Assembly (NCBI GenBank): GCA_964537935.1
Contig: CAZICT010000003.1
Coordinates: forward strand, 2,013-66,012
Source of the DNA: an uncultured Candidatus Saccharibacteria bacterium
Lineage (GTDB): Bacteria > Patescibacteriota > Saccharimonadia > Saccharimonadales > CAZICT01
Direction: 5' to 3'
DNA: 64,000 nt
The notes beneath the pieces were generated by a model. That model saw nothing but the letters and a program-made list of their open reading frames with translations. It ran no database searches and was not told where the DNA came from. Shown here in pieces: positions 19,083 through 28,701 of this stretch (positions are counted from its first letter, which is position 1; each line of letters begins with the position of its first letter). Both the position numbers and the translations under genes were made by a program.

Positions 19083-19784
19083 ATGACCGAACGACAAGCC
19101 AATATATTGAAAGCAATAGTCGAACAATATGCCGAGGTGGCTAGCCCGGTAGGTTCAAGCTTGCTTGCCAAGGTCTTTAACGTTTCATCAGCTACGATTC
19201 GGGCTGAAATGGCAGAATTAGAAAGGCTTGGTTACATTCACCAGCCGCACACCAGCGCCGGTCGTGTTCCGACGGATAAGGGATATCGATTTTACGTCAA
19301 CCATATTTCTGAGCAACAAGAAAGCATTGAAGAAAAACGAGCAGAGCGCGCGCTTGGTACACGCGTACATCATGGTGGAGTACCGGAGCGAACGATCCGT
19401 AACGCTGTTGATACGCTGGTTGAACTTACTCATAACCTAGGCTTAGCCACAATCGGCAGCCAACTGTATATAAGCGGGTTATCTAATTTATTCGGACAGC
19501 CGGAGTTTGTCAGCGGATCACATGTCCAGCAAGTTGCGAGGTTGCTGGACAACCTTGAGCCGTGGCTTAGAGAAGCTGCGCCAAATGAACCCCTTAGTGT
19601 TTACATAGGTTCTGAAAATCCGATTGGCCGGAGTGCACGCGCCAGCCTGATAATCAGCCGGTTCCGCAGCCCTTATAGCGACCATAGTTATATAGGCGTA
19701 CTGGGTCCAACCAGACAACAATACCGTGAAGTTATCGGACTCGTGCGTTACGCCGGTCAAGCACTAGAGGAGGCATTGTTATGA
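19083..19784 (+). CDS. hrcA: heat-inducible transcription repressor HrcA (short form)
   Basis: MTERQANILKAIVEQY...ATIRAEMAELERLGYI...GRVPTDKGYRFYV wHTH. The GTG-extended start at 19062 was trimmed. Confidence 0.85.
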   Translation: MTERQANILKAIVEQYAEVASPVGSSLLAKVFNVSSATIRAEMAELERLGYIHQPHTSAGRVPTDKGYRFYVNHISEQQESIEEKRAERALGTRVHHGGVPERTIRNAVDTLVELTHNLGLATIGSQLYISGLSNLFGQPEFVSGSHVQQVARLLDNLEPWLREAAPNEPLSVYIGSENPIGRSARASLIISRFRSPYSDHSYIGVLGPTRQQYREVIGLVRYAGQALEEALL

Positions 19785-20287
19785 CAAAAAAGTCAGAAAA
19801 TCGTAAATCAAAAGTATCGTTAGATGAGCTTCAGGTACAGCTGGAACAGGTGACAGAGGCATTGCAGCGCGAACGGGCTGACAGCGAGAATATCCGCCGT
19901 CGTCATGACGAGCAAATTGCTTCGCTGAACACAGTAGTCAAAGCCGGCGTGGTAAGTGATCTACTGCCGGTGGTCGACAACTTCGACCGGGCGCTCAAAC
20001 ACGTTCCGAAGGAGCTGGAGAACAACGATTACGTCAAAGGTGTTCGTAATATCGTCAAACAATTCGAAAAAACGCTGGGCGATATGGGTGTGGAGCGTAT
20101 CAAAACGGTCGGCGAGGTGTTCGACCCAACCGTGCACGAAGCCGTAGCCATGGAAGATGGCAAGGGCGACATGGAAGTCGTATCAGAGGAGTTGCAATCA
20201 GGCTACAGGCTCGGCGAACACGTTATCCGCCCCGCGATGGTAAAAGTACGGCTGGAATCCTCACGGAACGTGAAGGATAGAAGTTAG
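19781..20287 (+). CDS. grpE: nucleotide exchange factor GrpE
   Basis: LLPVVDNFDRAL and the C-terminal beta domain. ATGA overlap with hrcA. Confidence 0.92.
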   Translation: MTKKSENRKSKVSLDELQVQLEQVTEALQRERADSENIRRRHDEQIASLNTVVKAGVVSDLLPVVDNFDRALKHVPKELENNDYVKGVRNIVKQFEKTLGDMGVERIKTVGEVFDPTVHEAVAMEDGKGDMEVVSEELQSGYRLGEHVIRPAMVKVRLESSRNVKDRS

Positions 20288-20370
20288 AAAGTGGCGAGGA
20301 GCTAAGACGGTGTATAGTTTGAAAATTGTAAATTGCTAACTGAAAACTAAGCGACAAAGGAGCGTCTATC

Positions 20371-22290
20371 ATGGGAAAGATTATAGGAATTGATTTAGGT
20401 ACAACCAACTCGGCCATGGCCGTTATGCAGGCCGGGAAAGCGGAAATTATTGCCAACTCTGAGGGCCAGCGCACTACGCCGTCGGTCGTAGCCGTTAATA
20501 AAAACGGTGAACGACTGGTCGGTCAGGTAGCTCGCCGCCAGCAGGTGACAAATTCCGCCAATACGATTTATGAAGTCAAGCGCCTGATTGGCCGCAAATT
20601 CAGCGACAAAGAAGTCCAGCGCGATCTCAAGCTGATGGGTTATGAAATCGTCAAAAGCGGAACCGGCGTTAAGGTCAAAATGGCCGATAAGGAATACAGT
20701 CCGGAAGAGATCAGTGCCATGGTGCTCGGTAAGCTCAAGGCTGATGCCGAAGCTTTCTTGGGCGACAAAGTAACCGAAGCCGTCATTACCGTACCGGCTT
20801 ACTTTGATGATTCACAGCGTACTAGTACTAAGGACGCCGGTAAGATTGCCGGTCTGGAAGTTAAGCGCATCATTAACGAGCCGACGGCCGCGGCTCTGGC
20901 TTATGGCCTTGATAAGAAAGCCAAGGATGAAAAAATTGCTGTCTACGACCTAGGTGGCGGTACGTTCGACATCTCTATCCTGGAACTCGGTGATGGCGTG
21001 TTCGAGGTCAAATCAACCAATGGCGACACCCACCTTGGCGGCGCCGACTTTGACCGTGTGGTTATCAATTACTTTGCCGACGAGTTCAAGAAAGAGCACG
21101 GCATTGACATAACCGACGACAAAGCTGCTATGCAACGTCTGCGCGACGAAGCCGAAAAGGCCAAGATCGAACTGTCCACTACCACTGAGGTTGACGTCAA
21201 CCTGCCGTTCTTGACGGCTGACGCTGACGGGCCAAAACACTTTGAGACCAAGCTGACTCGTGCCAAGCTGGAAAGTCTGGTAGGAGAGTTGATTGATAAG
21301 ACCGCAGTTCCGTGTGAAAAGGCGCTCAAAGATGCAGGCATCAAAGCCAGCGAGATTGACGCCGTTGTACTGGTGGGCGGTATGACCCGCATGCCGGCCG
21401 TTCAAAAGAAAGTTGAAGAGATATTCGGTAAAGAACCGATGAAAGGCGTTAACCCGGATGAAGTCGTGGCGATTGGCGCGGCTATCCAGGGCGGCGTACT
21501 GCAGGGCGATGTCAAGGACGTGCTGCTGCTGGACGTCACACCCTTGTCACTCGGTATCGAAACCCTGGGCGGTGTTGCCACCAAGCTGATTGAACGCAAC
21601 ACTACCATTCCGACCAGCAAGTCAGAAACCTTCAGCACCGCGGCCGACAATCAGCCGCAGGTGGAAATTCACGTTGTTCAGGGTGAGCGCGAAATGGTGG
21701 CTGACAACAAGAGTCTGGGCCGATTCGTTCTGGACGGTATCCCGCCGGCCCCGCGCGGCGTACCGCAAATTGAAGTGACATTTAACATTGATGCCAACGG
21801 TATTCTGAATGTCAGCGCCAAAGACAAAGGCTCCGGCAAAGAGCAATCAATCACCATCCAAAACAGCGGTAACCTGGACAAGACCGAAGTTGAAAAGATG
21901 GCCAAGGAAGCCGAGGCCCACGCCGAAGAAGACAAGAAAAAGCGTGAAGCCATCGAGGCCCGCAACGTGCTCGACAGCGCCGTTTATCAGGCTGAAAAGA
22001 TGAAGTCCGACCACAAGGACAAGCTCAGCGAAGACGATACCAAGAAAATCGACGAAGCCGTCGAAGCCGCCAAGAAGGTGGTTGGCGACGAAAAAGCCGA
22101 TAAAGAAGCTCTGGAGGCAGCGGCTAAAAGCCTAAATGATGTGCTGATGCCGATTGGGGCTAAGATGTATGAAAGCGCTCAAGGCACGACAGATGAAAGT
22201 TCGAAGGCGGAAGGTGGCGAAAGTAAAAAAGGCAAGGCTAAAGACGGACCCGTAGAAGGTGAAGTCGTCGACGAAGACAAGGAAAAGTAG
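20371..22290 (+). CDS. dnaK: chaperone DnaK (Hsp70)
   Basis: [18 protein letters not shown] and other Hsp70 signatures. AAGGAG RBS. Confidence 0.99.
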   Translation: MGKIIGIDLGTTNSAMAVMQAGKAEIIANSEGQRTTPSVVAVNKNGERLVGQVARRQQVTNSANTIYEVKRLIGRKFSDKEVQRDLKLMGYEIVKSGTGVKVKMADKEYSPEEISAMVLGKLKADAEAFLGDKVTEAVITVPAYFDDSQRTSTKDAGKIAGLEVKRIINEPTAAALAYGLDKKAKDEKIAVYDLGGGTFDISILELGDGVFEVKSTNGDTHLGGADFDRVVINYFADEFKKEHGIDITDDKAAMQRLRDEAEKAKIELSTTTEVDVNLPFLTADADGPKHFETKLTRAKLESLVGELIDKTAVPCEKALKDAGIKASEIDAVVLVGGMTRMPAVQKKVEEIFGKEPMKGVNPDEVVAIGAAIQGGVLQGDVKDVLLLDVTPLSLGIETLGGVATKLIERNTTIPTSKSETFSTAADNQPQVEIHVVQGEREMVADNKSLGRFVLDGIPPAPRGVPQIEVTFNIDANGILNVSAKDKGSGKEQSITIQNSGNLDKTEVEKMAKEAEAHAEEDKKKREAIEARNVLDSAVYQAEKMKSDHKDKLSEDDTKKIDEAVEAAKKVVGDEKADKEALEAAAKSLNDVLMPIGAKMYESAQGTTDESSKAEGGESKKGKAKDGPVEGEVVDEDKEK

Positions 22291-22305
22291 CGAGCGGATC
22301 TTTGG

Positions 22306-22347
22306 GACAAATTTGAGCAGGCACAAATACTGGCTGCTCAATTTGTC
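22306..22347 (+). terminator. long stem-loop after dnaK (possible terminator or attenuator, no clear U-tract)
   Basis: gacaaatttgagcag ... ctgctcaatttgtc, a stem of about 14 bp. Confidence 0.45.
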
Positions 22348-22473
22348 TACCAAGGGGTTTCTCATATAAAAATACCCGATATTGGTAATTCGCCTAAACA
22401 TAACTAGTTATTTAGTAAAAAAATTAGCCAAATTAAGCCCTGGCAAGATGTTACGATAGAGCAGGAGGGTCTT

Positions 22474-23052
22474 ATGGGGAATACCCCAAATATCGTAAAC
22501 GCTGAATCACAGGTATTTACAAAAAGTCTTGAAACAGCCAAAGGATTGCTCAAAGAAACTTTGCCTGAAGAGTCTTTGGTTAGAAATATAGGCTCACTTA
22601 CAATTCGAGCTAGGATTTTTCAAGAAATCGATATGCTAGAGAGAGTGGATTTGGCTATAGGTGAATTTGAGCCAGATGCACGACACCGTTCCATGCTACC
22701 GAATTTTCAAATCCTGGCCGTCAGGCATGAGCATTCAAGCGCAATCAACCCGGAAATAATCCGAGGACAACAGGCATCATTTTATACAAGTCTAAAGAAA
22801 AAAGGCGCGACTGGCGGGAAATTCGAACGTCATATTACCGATCCGGAAATACCAATTAAAGAATTTTTGCAAACATCGTTTGAATCATATTTTAGTTTTT
22901 TCCATGAGACGGTTTCACGGCAACCGCTACATGATCAACGAACTACATCTTTAATCGGCAGAATTATCAGTAGCGCAGTGTCTCACATTGATGAGAGTAA
23001 GCCTGCACAAAAAGCCCATAAGATATTGCCTTCCACCATGTCAAACGTTTAA
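22474..23052 (+). CDS. hypothetical protein inserted between dnaK and dnaJ
   Basis: 192-aa ORF with a GGAGGG RBS. I recognise no motif. Confidence 0.6.
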   Translation: MGNTPNIVNAESQVFTKSLETAKGLLKETLPEESLVRNIGSLTIRARIFQEIDMLERVDLAIGEFEPDARHRSMLPNFQILAVRHEHSSAINPEIIRGQQASFYTSLKKKGATGGKFERHITDPEIPIKEFLQTSFESYFSFFHETVSRQPLHDQRTTSLIGRIISSAVSHIDESKPAQKAHKILPSTMSNV

Positions 23053-23061
23053 AAGTCTATA

Positions 23062-23088
23062 CTGGCACTCACTATGCTCAAGTGCTAA
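23062..23088. promoter_or_regulatory. CIRCE-like operator upstream of dnaJ
   Basis: CTGGCACTC-actatgctc-AAGTGCTAA, 15/18 to the CIRCE consensus with correct N9 spacing. It overlaps a TAAAAT -10-like box. Confidence 0.65.
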
Positions 23089-23100
23089 AATATATAGCGT

Positions 23101-24204
23101 ATGGCCAAGAGAGATTATTACGAAGTATTAGGTGTGTCAAAAAGTGCGAGCGCTGATGAAATAAAAAAGGCGTTCCGGCGCCTGGCGGTTAAGTATCACC
23201 CGGATAAAGAAGGCGGTGATGAGGCCAAATTCAAGGAAATCAACGAAGCCTACGAAATCTTGAAAGATCCAAGCAAACGTCAGCGTTATGACCAGTTTGG
23301 TCATGCTGGCGTGGGTGGAGCAAGCGGTGCCGGTAATCCGTTCGAAGGCTTTAGTGGCTTTGGCGGTCAGGGACAAAATATCCATTTTGATTTTGGTGAC
23401 TTGGGGCTAGGTGACATCTTCAGCAGTTTCTTTGGCGGCGGTGGGCAAAGGCGCAGCCAGCAGGCTCGCGGCCGAGACGTGGAGACTTCAGTAGAAATTA
23501 CTTTCGAACAAGCAGTGTTCGGCACGGAAGCAGAGCTTAACTTGAACCTGGAAGATGAATGTGAGCACTGTAAGGGAAGTACGGTTGAGCCGGGTTATGA
23601 GCTAAAGACTTGCGATACGTGCAAAGGCCGGGGCCAGGTGGTGACGGTGACTAAGACCATTTTTGGCAACATCCAACAAGCCAGTGTGTGTCCAAAGTGT
23701 AACGGACGAGGCAAGATACCAGAAAAGGAGTGTAGTGTTTGTGGCGGTAAGGGAACTCAGCGTAAATCACAGGATGTAACACTCAAGATACCAGCCGGCA
23801 TCGATGACGGCGCTACTATTCGTTTAAGGGAGCACGGTGAAGCTATAGCCAATGGTCCGAAGGGCGATCTGTATGTCAATATTCGAGTGAAACCTCACAA
23901 AAAATTCACTCGGGAAGGCGAGCTTATATTAAGCGAAGAGCGTGTCAGTATGGTAGATGCTGCACTTGGTACGGAAATTAAGGTTGATACAGTTGACGGA
24001 CCGGTGACTATGAAAGTACCGGCCGGAACACAAAGCGGAACAGACTTCAAGCTATCCGGCCACGGTGTTCCACACATAAGGCGGGATACTCGCGGCGCCC
24101 ATATCGTTACTTTACACGTCGAAACACCATCCAAATTAACTAAAAAGCAAAAAGAATTACTTGAAGAATTTAAGGGAAGCAATAAACGAGGTTTTTTCAG
24201 TTAA
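23101..24204 (+). CDS. dnaJ: co-chaperone DnaJ
   Basis: J-domain HPD (KYHPDK), G/F region, four CxxCxGxG zinc motifs. Confidence 0.97.
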   Translation: MAKRDYYEVLGVSKSASADEIKKAFRRLAVKYHPDKEGGDEAKFKEINEAYEILKDPSKRQRYDQFGHAGVGGASGAGNPFEGFSGFGGQGQNIHFDFGDLGLGDIFSSFFGGGGQRRSQQARGRDVETSVEITFEQAVFGTEAELNLNLEDECEHCKGSTVEPGYELKTCDTCKGRGQVVTVTKTIFGNIQQASVCPKCNGRGKIPEKECSVCGGKGTQRKSQDVTLKIPAGIDDGATIRLREHGEAIANGPKGDLYVNIRVKPHKKFTREGELILSEERVSMVDAALGTEIKVDTVDGPVTMKVPAGTQSGTDFKLSGHGVPHIRRDTRGAHIVTLHVETPSKLTKKQKELLEEFKGSNKRGFFS

Positions 24205-24281
24205 GTAATTATCCCTCAAGTTGAAGGCATGCTAGCGCAGTTTTTATTCCGGCGTGGTATAGTTTTTACTAAAGGCTAACG

Positions 24282-26597
24282 ATGCTTGAGCTTATAGGGA
24301 TTATTTTCATCATCGGTTTTGCGGTAGGTTGGCTCACTTCCAAAAAGGAAGTCGATAATTTGCGGATTCAGGTGGCCCAGCTGTCGGCTGCTTTGCAGGC
24401 ACAAACTACAAAGCATAATGTGCAGCATCATCAGCCAGAATCGAAGCATCAGACCAATGTACAGTTACAGCAAACAGCAGTGCAAGACAATCAAGATTCT
24501 TTTCAGCAAGATGCTGTCATAAACCACGTTGATAATGCTGTTATTCTCCTATATTTGGGTGCTTTTTTATTTCTTGGAGCAGTCGGTTTATTTTTGGCTT
24601 TCGGCGGCCTACCGGGCGCAGCCAAGACGTTATTGGTTGCCCTGCTAGTAGTGTGTTTTTATGCTACGGGCCTACAGTTATCCAATCAAACACGCTTAAA
24701 ACCGGCTGGTGTGGCTTTCTTGGGAATCGGAATGGTGTTAATGCCATTTTTAGGACTGGCTGCACACGTTTATCTTTTCGACCGGCAGGCTGGAGCGTTA
24801 GTATGGACACTAACATCAGTTTTAAGTATCGGTTTATATACTCATGCACTTATTAAAACCAGGCAGCCGTATGTTAATTACTTTATGCTGGCAGCAGTAC
24901 TGTCTTTGTTCGAGGCAGGTGTCGCATTAGTCGAGTTACCGGTATATTACTTTGCCTGGATGATGGCACTCGTTGGAATTATCTATTTGTTGGTGCTGCG
25001 AATTAAAGGCATATGGTTGGATGTGCAACAGGCGCTCAAGGTGTCATCCAGTGTGCTTGTACCGGCGGCTATAGCGTTCAGTATTTTCAGTGTACCGGTT
25101 TACGGTTTATTTGAGCTTTCACTTACTTTAGCCTTGGCAGGTGCCTACTACTGGCTCGCAGTCTATCTTGAAGCAGCCGGTAATCAGCAGGACGAATACG
25201 TAGCGCTTGCTGATATGGCAAGTATTGCTGCGGTGTTAAGTTTTGTATATTCATTCAGCCATGATTTTACTGTTTTCTCTGTCATTGCAATCAGTATTGC
25301 GTTCGGACAACTGTTGTTTTTGGCATACCGTCATCTTAAGGGTGAGGCTTTGGCGGGAGCTTGGAGCAACATAGGAGCAGTAACCGCCATCGTTCCGTTG
25401 GTTGCAGTTTTGTCATCACTCGATAATGCGCCGCTTTTAACTTCTGTGTTTGCGACTGCGATTGCCGTATGGACAGGCCTATTTTTAGTAATGAGCAGGT
25501 CAGCTTACCTGGCTGCTGCACTTGGAGGATCACTCCTGCTACCGCTTATTATGGGCTTCTATCTGTTTGAACCCGAATGGTCAGCGCACATATTTGTGAT
25601 TGTTTATGGTGTGATTACAGGACTAATATTTATTATGCGTCGTATTTTGCAAAATTTTGATCACTTTGACAGAGTAATTAAAACTAGTTTTTATTTAGCA
25701 CTTATAATCGCCTTGTATTCATCCATGTTTGGCGGATTATATTTGTTTTCAGTATCACTATTGATACTCTCCGCTGTCTTTATAGCGCTTTCTTATTACG
25801 AACCGCAAACACAGCGCCGTACTTTATTCGTGCTTGGTTTGGCCTCTCAGCACTTGGCAACGATATGTCTGGTAGCTGGAGCCACATCGAGTTCAAGTGA
25901 ACAGATGTATGTGTTGCCGGTTAGCTTATCACTGCTTGGGTTGTTGCATTATGGTGCGGCAATGGTGTTGGATGTCAGTGAGTTGCGGCGCCAGTACATC
26001 CGTTTTTCAGCGATTGGAGCATTTGCGATAGCAGCCGCCACGGTAATGGTTTACGAGCAGACCACCTTCCCAATGATTTTGGCACTATTTGCCACAGCCG
26101 GACTGCTATATTTTGAAGGACAGCACAATAAAAGCGTTACGATGCAGGAGTTTGCACTTGGTGTCGCTATGGCTGCGATACAGTGGTTACTCTATTTGGT
26201 AGGCTTGAGGGAATTTTTGGTATATTCACATCTGTGGGCTCTTTTCTTTGCTAATCTTGCTGTTCAACGATATGCACGAGGAGACCTCGCCAAAGAGTAT
26301 AGCTATACGTTGACCGCACTTATGATTTTGTCGTTGCCGTTAGCTATTGTAGCGCTTGGTAATCAAGGGCAATTGTACGGATGGCTTCTAATTATTGAGC
26401 ACTTGCTGCTACTGCTGTTAGGTATGGTCATTAATCGCCCGCTCGTACGCCAGTGGGGTTTGTGGGTATCTGTTATGGCGGTTTTATATCAATTACGCGA
26501 CCTGACATTTTTGGCCCTGGGTTTCTTAGCGATAGTATTAATTAGCATAGCCATTCGTGTTCTACAAAAGAACTATGATGATAATGGCAGTAAATAA
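24282..26597 (+). CDS. large polytopic membrane protein, unknown function
   Basis: 771 aa. N-terminal TM helix, Gln/His-rich linker, then about 20 hydrophobic helices. Confidence 0.7.
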   Translation: MLELIGIIFIIGFAVGWLTSKKEVDNLRIQVAQLSAALQAQTTKHNVQHHQPESKHQTNVQLQQTAVQDNQDSFQQDAVINHVDNAVILLYLGAFLFLGAVGLFLAFGGLPGAAKTLLVALLVVCFYATGLQLSNQTRLKPAGVAFLGIGMVLMPFLGLAAHVYLFDRQAGALVWTLTSVLSIGLYTHALIKTRQPYVNYFMLAAVLSLFEAGVALVELPVYYFAWMMALVGIIYLLVLRIKGIWLDVQQALKVSSSVLVPAAIAFSIFSVPVYGLFELSLTLALAGAYYWLAVYLEAAGNQQDEYVALADMASIAAVLSFVYSFSHDFTVFSVIAISIAFGQLLFLAYRHLKGEALAGAWSNIGAVTAIVPLVAVLSSLDNAPLLTSVFATAIAVWTGLFLVMSRSAYLAAALGGSLLLPLIMGFYLFEPEWSAHIFVIVYGVITGLIFIMRRILQNFDHFDRVIKTSFYLALIIALYSSMFGGLYLFSVSLLILSAVFIALSYYEPQTQRRTLFVLGLASQHLATICLVAGATSSSSEQMYVLPVSLSLLGLLHYGAAMVLDVSELRRQYIRFSAIGAFAIAAATVMVYEQTTFPMILALFATAGLLYFEGQHNKSVTMQEFALGVAMAAIQWLLYLVGLREFLVYSHLWALFFANLAVQRYARGDLAKEYSYTLTALMILSLPLAIVALGNQGQLYGWLLIIEHLLLLLLGMVINRPLVRQWGLWVSVMAVLYQLRDLTFLALGFLAIVLISIAIRVLQKNYDDNGSK

Positions 26598-26693
26598 ATA
26601 TTTACTTACCTAGCTCGTAACACTACATAAGACATATTTGGCCATATAAAAAAATATGTACAAATCGTTTATGCTAGTAAATAATATTTACTA

Positions 26694-26807
26694 ATGAATA
26701 GCGACAATAATGGCCAACAGGGGTTTATCACTATGATAGTTTTATTATTACTTATTGTAGTGGCGGTTGTGTGGCTTGCATATTCACGAGTCAGCGGTGC
26801 TCAATAG
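26694..26807 (+). CDS. possible 37-aa single-TM peptide
   Basis: MNSDNNGQQGFITMIVLLLLIVVAVVWLAYSRVSGAQ. Preceded by the palindrome at 26676-26692. Confidence 0.3.
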   Translation: MNSDNNGQQGFITMIVLLLLIVVAVVWLAYSRVSGAQ

Positions 26808-26816
26808 TACGGTATT

Positions 26817-26845
26817 TTGACAAAGAGTTCTTATAGTGCTATAAT
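26817..26845 (+). promoter_or_regulatory. consensus sigma70 promoter giving a leaderless transcript
   Basis: TTGACA(26817-26822)-N17-TATAAT(26840-26845). The ATG at 26852 is 7 nt after the -10 and has no SD. Confidence 0.7.
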
Positions 26846-26851
26846 ATAATA

Positions 26852-27265
26852 ATGACTCAAAAGCACAATTCAGTACTTGGTTCATTTGAGCAGGTGACTT
26901 TTCCGGACTATAACGATTATTCAGTCGTTGCCAAAATTGACACCGGAGCATTTACCGGAGCACTGCATTGCACAAAAGTATTTTTAGACGAATCTGGCAA
27001 AGAGCCTGTGCTTCATTTTTCACCGTTTGATCATCCGGAAATAGAAATGACTGAGACGGATTTTAATACCGGCGAAGTTCGCAGCAGCAACGGTGATACT
27101 GAAACGCGTTATTTTATTAACACTGAAATCCTAATCGACGGTAAAAAATATCCAATTACTCTCACGTTAGCAGATCGAAGCGAAATGAAATGGCCGGTAC
27201 TTATTGGCCGTCGTTTCTTGCGTGATCACAAGTTTTTAGTTGACGTGAACAAACCCGCAAAGTAA
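26852..27265 (+). CDS. RimB-like retropepsin-fold peptidase (putative ATP-dependent zinc protease family, PF05618-like)
   Basis: VAKIDTGAFTGALH (D-T-G) and the position directly upstream of rimK. Confidence 0.72.
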   Translation: MTQKHNSVLGSFEQVTFPDYNDYSVVAKIDTGAFTGALHCTKVFLDESGKEPVLHFSPFDHPEIEMTETDFNTGEVRSSNGDTETRYFINTEILIDGKKYPITLTLADRSEMKWPVLIGRRFLRDHKFLVDVNKPAK

Positions 27266-27266
27266 G

Positions 27267-28190
27267 GTGACAATAATGAATATAGTTATTTTATCCCGAG
27301 GACCGGGCAATTACTCAACGAAACGCCTCATGGAGGAGGCTAAAAAGCGCAGTCACACTGTTCAGGTTATTGATTATTCACGCTGTTATGCCACGATTGA
27401 GAAAAGTAATCCGATCGTAAGTTATGAAGGTACGGATCTGATCGGGGTAGATGCTATCATACCGCGTATCGGCAGCAGCTTTACTCGCTACGGATCGGCT
27501 ATCGTTCGTCAGTTTGAGATGCAAGGTGTCTATACTACTACCAGCTCGATAGCACTTGTGCGATCGCGTGATAAACTTCGCAGCCTGCAAGTACTGTCAC
27601 GTGCCGGTGTAGGTATACCTAAAACAGTATTTTCGCGCGGTATGAGTACTGAGGTAGACGGGTTAATCGAAGATCTCGGCGGTATGCCGGTGATTATCAA
27701 GCTGGCTCGAGGTACTCATGGCAACGGTGTTGTATTAGCCGAGACTAAAAAGGCTGCCAAGTCAGTACTCCAGGCTTTTTATGTGATGGATGATGACGGT
27801 ACAAATATTTTGCTCCAGGAATTTATTAAAGAGTCTGCCGGTACGGATATTCGTGCTTTCGTAGTGGGCGGCAAAGTAGTTGCCAGCATGCAACGCCAGA
27901 GCCTGGACGACGATTTTCGCTCTAATCTACATCAAGGCGGAACAGGAAAGCCAATAAAATTGACCGATGACGAACGTAAAACTGCGGTTAAAGCAGCAAA
28001 AGCTATGGGGCTACCAATCTGCGGTGTGGATATGATGCGCTCCAGCCAAGGTCCTTTAGTGCTTGAGGTAAACGCCAGTCCTGGATTTGGAATAGAGCAG
28101 GTCACAAACCGAAATGTAGCCGAAAAAATCATAGAATACGTTGAGCAAAACGCTAAAGGCAAGCGGCGCAAAGATCGTGTCGGTGCATAA
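27267..28190 (+). CDS. rimK: RimK-family alpha-L-glutamate ligase (ATP-grasp)
   Basis: ATP-grasp motifs throughout (PVIIKLARGTHGNGVVL, GVDMMRS..GPLVLEVNASPG). Start is the GTG at 27267 or the ATG at 27276. Confidence 0.9.
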   Translation: MTIMNIVILSRGPGNYSTKRLMEEAKKRSHTVQVIDYSRCYATIEKSNPIVSYEGTDLIGVDAIIPRIGSSFTRYGSAIVRQFEMQGVYTTTSSIALVRSRDKLRSLQVLSRAGVGIPKTVFSRGMSTEVDGLIEDLGGMPVIIKLARGTHGNGVVLAETKKAAKSVLQAFYVMDDDGTNILLQEFIKESAGTDIRAFVVGGKVVASMQRQSLDDDFRSNLHQGGTGKPIKLTDDERKTAVKAAKAMGLPICGVDMMRSSQGPLVLEVNASPGFGIEQVTNRNVAEKIIEYVEQNAKGKRRKDRVGA

Positions 28191-28671
28191 GAAGTTTTAT
28201 GCCGGCCTTATATGCTTGATATTAATTGGAGCAGCCTCTTTCTGGCTGTATCATGATGGTAAAAATCAGACTGATTCAAACAACCAGCCTATAGCGCAAG
28301 AATCTGCAGAAAAAACCACCGTCGGCCGCATAGGTGATGGCTATTTTAACTTTGAGGTTGCTGATAGCCCATTTGAGCGCCAACAGGGATTGTCGGGCAG
28401 GCAGCCGCTACCGCTTTCTGATGCGCTACTATTCGTATTCGACGAGCCGGGTAAGCATTGTATTTGGATGAAGGATATGCAGTTTAATATTGATATTCTG
28501 TGGTTTGATAACCAGAAAAGACTTGTTTACGAAAAACGCTATATATCACCTGATACTTTTCCGCAATCGTTCTGTCCAGATGATGACACCCTGTATGTGG
28601 TCGAAATGACAGCTGGAGCGGCTGATAATAACCAGATAAAGCTTGGTGATAAATTAGAGATTGCGCTTTAG
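28141..28671 (+). CDS. DUF192 domain protein with N-terminal TM anchor
   Basis: LLFVFDEPGKHCIWMKDMQFNIDILWFD is typical of DUF192 (COG1430). The start is uncertain because the TTG at 28141 overlaps the rimK end. Confidence 0.68.
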   Translation: MSKTLKASGAKIVSVHKKFYAGLICLILIGAASFWLYHDGKNQTDSNNQPIAQESAEKTTVGRIGDGYFNFEVADSPFERQQGLSGRQPLPLSDALLFVFDEPGKHCIWMKDMQFNIDILWFDNQKRLVYEKRYISPDTFPQSFCPDDDTLYVVEMTAGAADNNQIKLGDKLEIAL

Positions 28672-28701
28672 CTTATTTATACCGGTTGCTATCATACATT
28701 T

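Noticed and set aside
20371-22290. Many antisense or out-of-frame ORFs inside conserved genes (for example 21013-21405, 21069-21392, 21402-21650 and 21678-21965 in dnaK; 13515-13877 and 13965-14345 in ftsH; 48509-49318 in rny; 42192-42476 in recA)
   Set aside because: These are shadow ORFs of strongly supported genes. Their products have low-complexity or Ser/Arg-rich composition and no independent signals.
23063-23077. Sigma-54-like promoter TGGCAC-N5-ATGC upstream of dnaJ
   Set aside because: TGGCAC is part of the CIRCE half-site (CTGGCACTC). The -12 element is ATGC rather than TTGC, and no enhancer-binding protein context is present.
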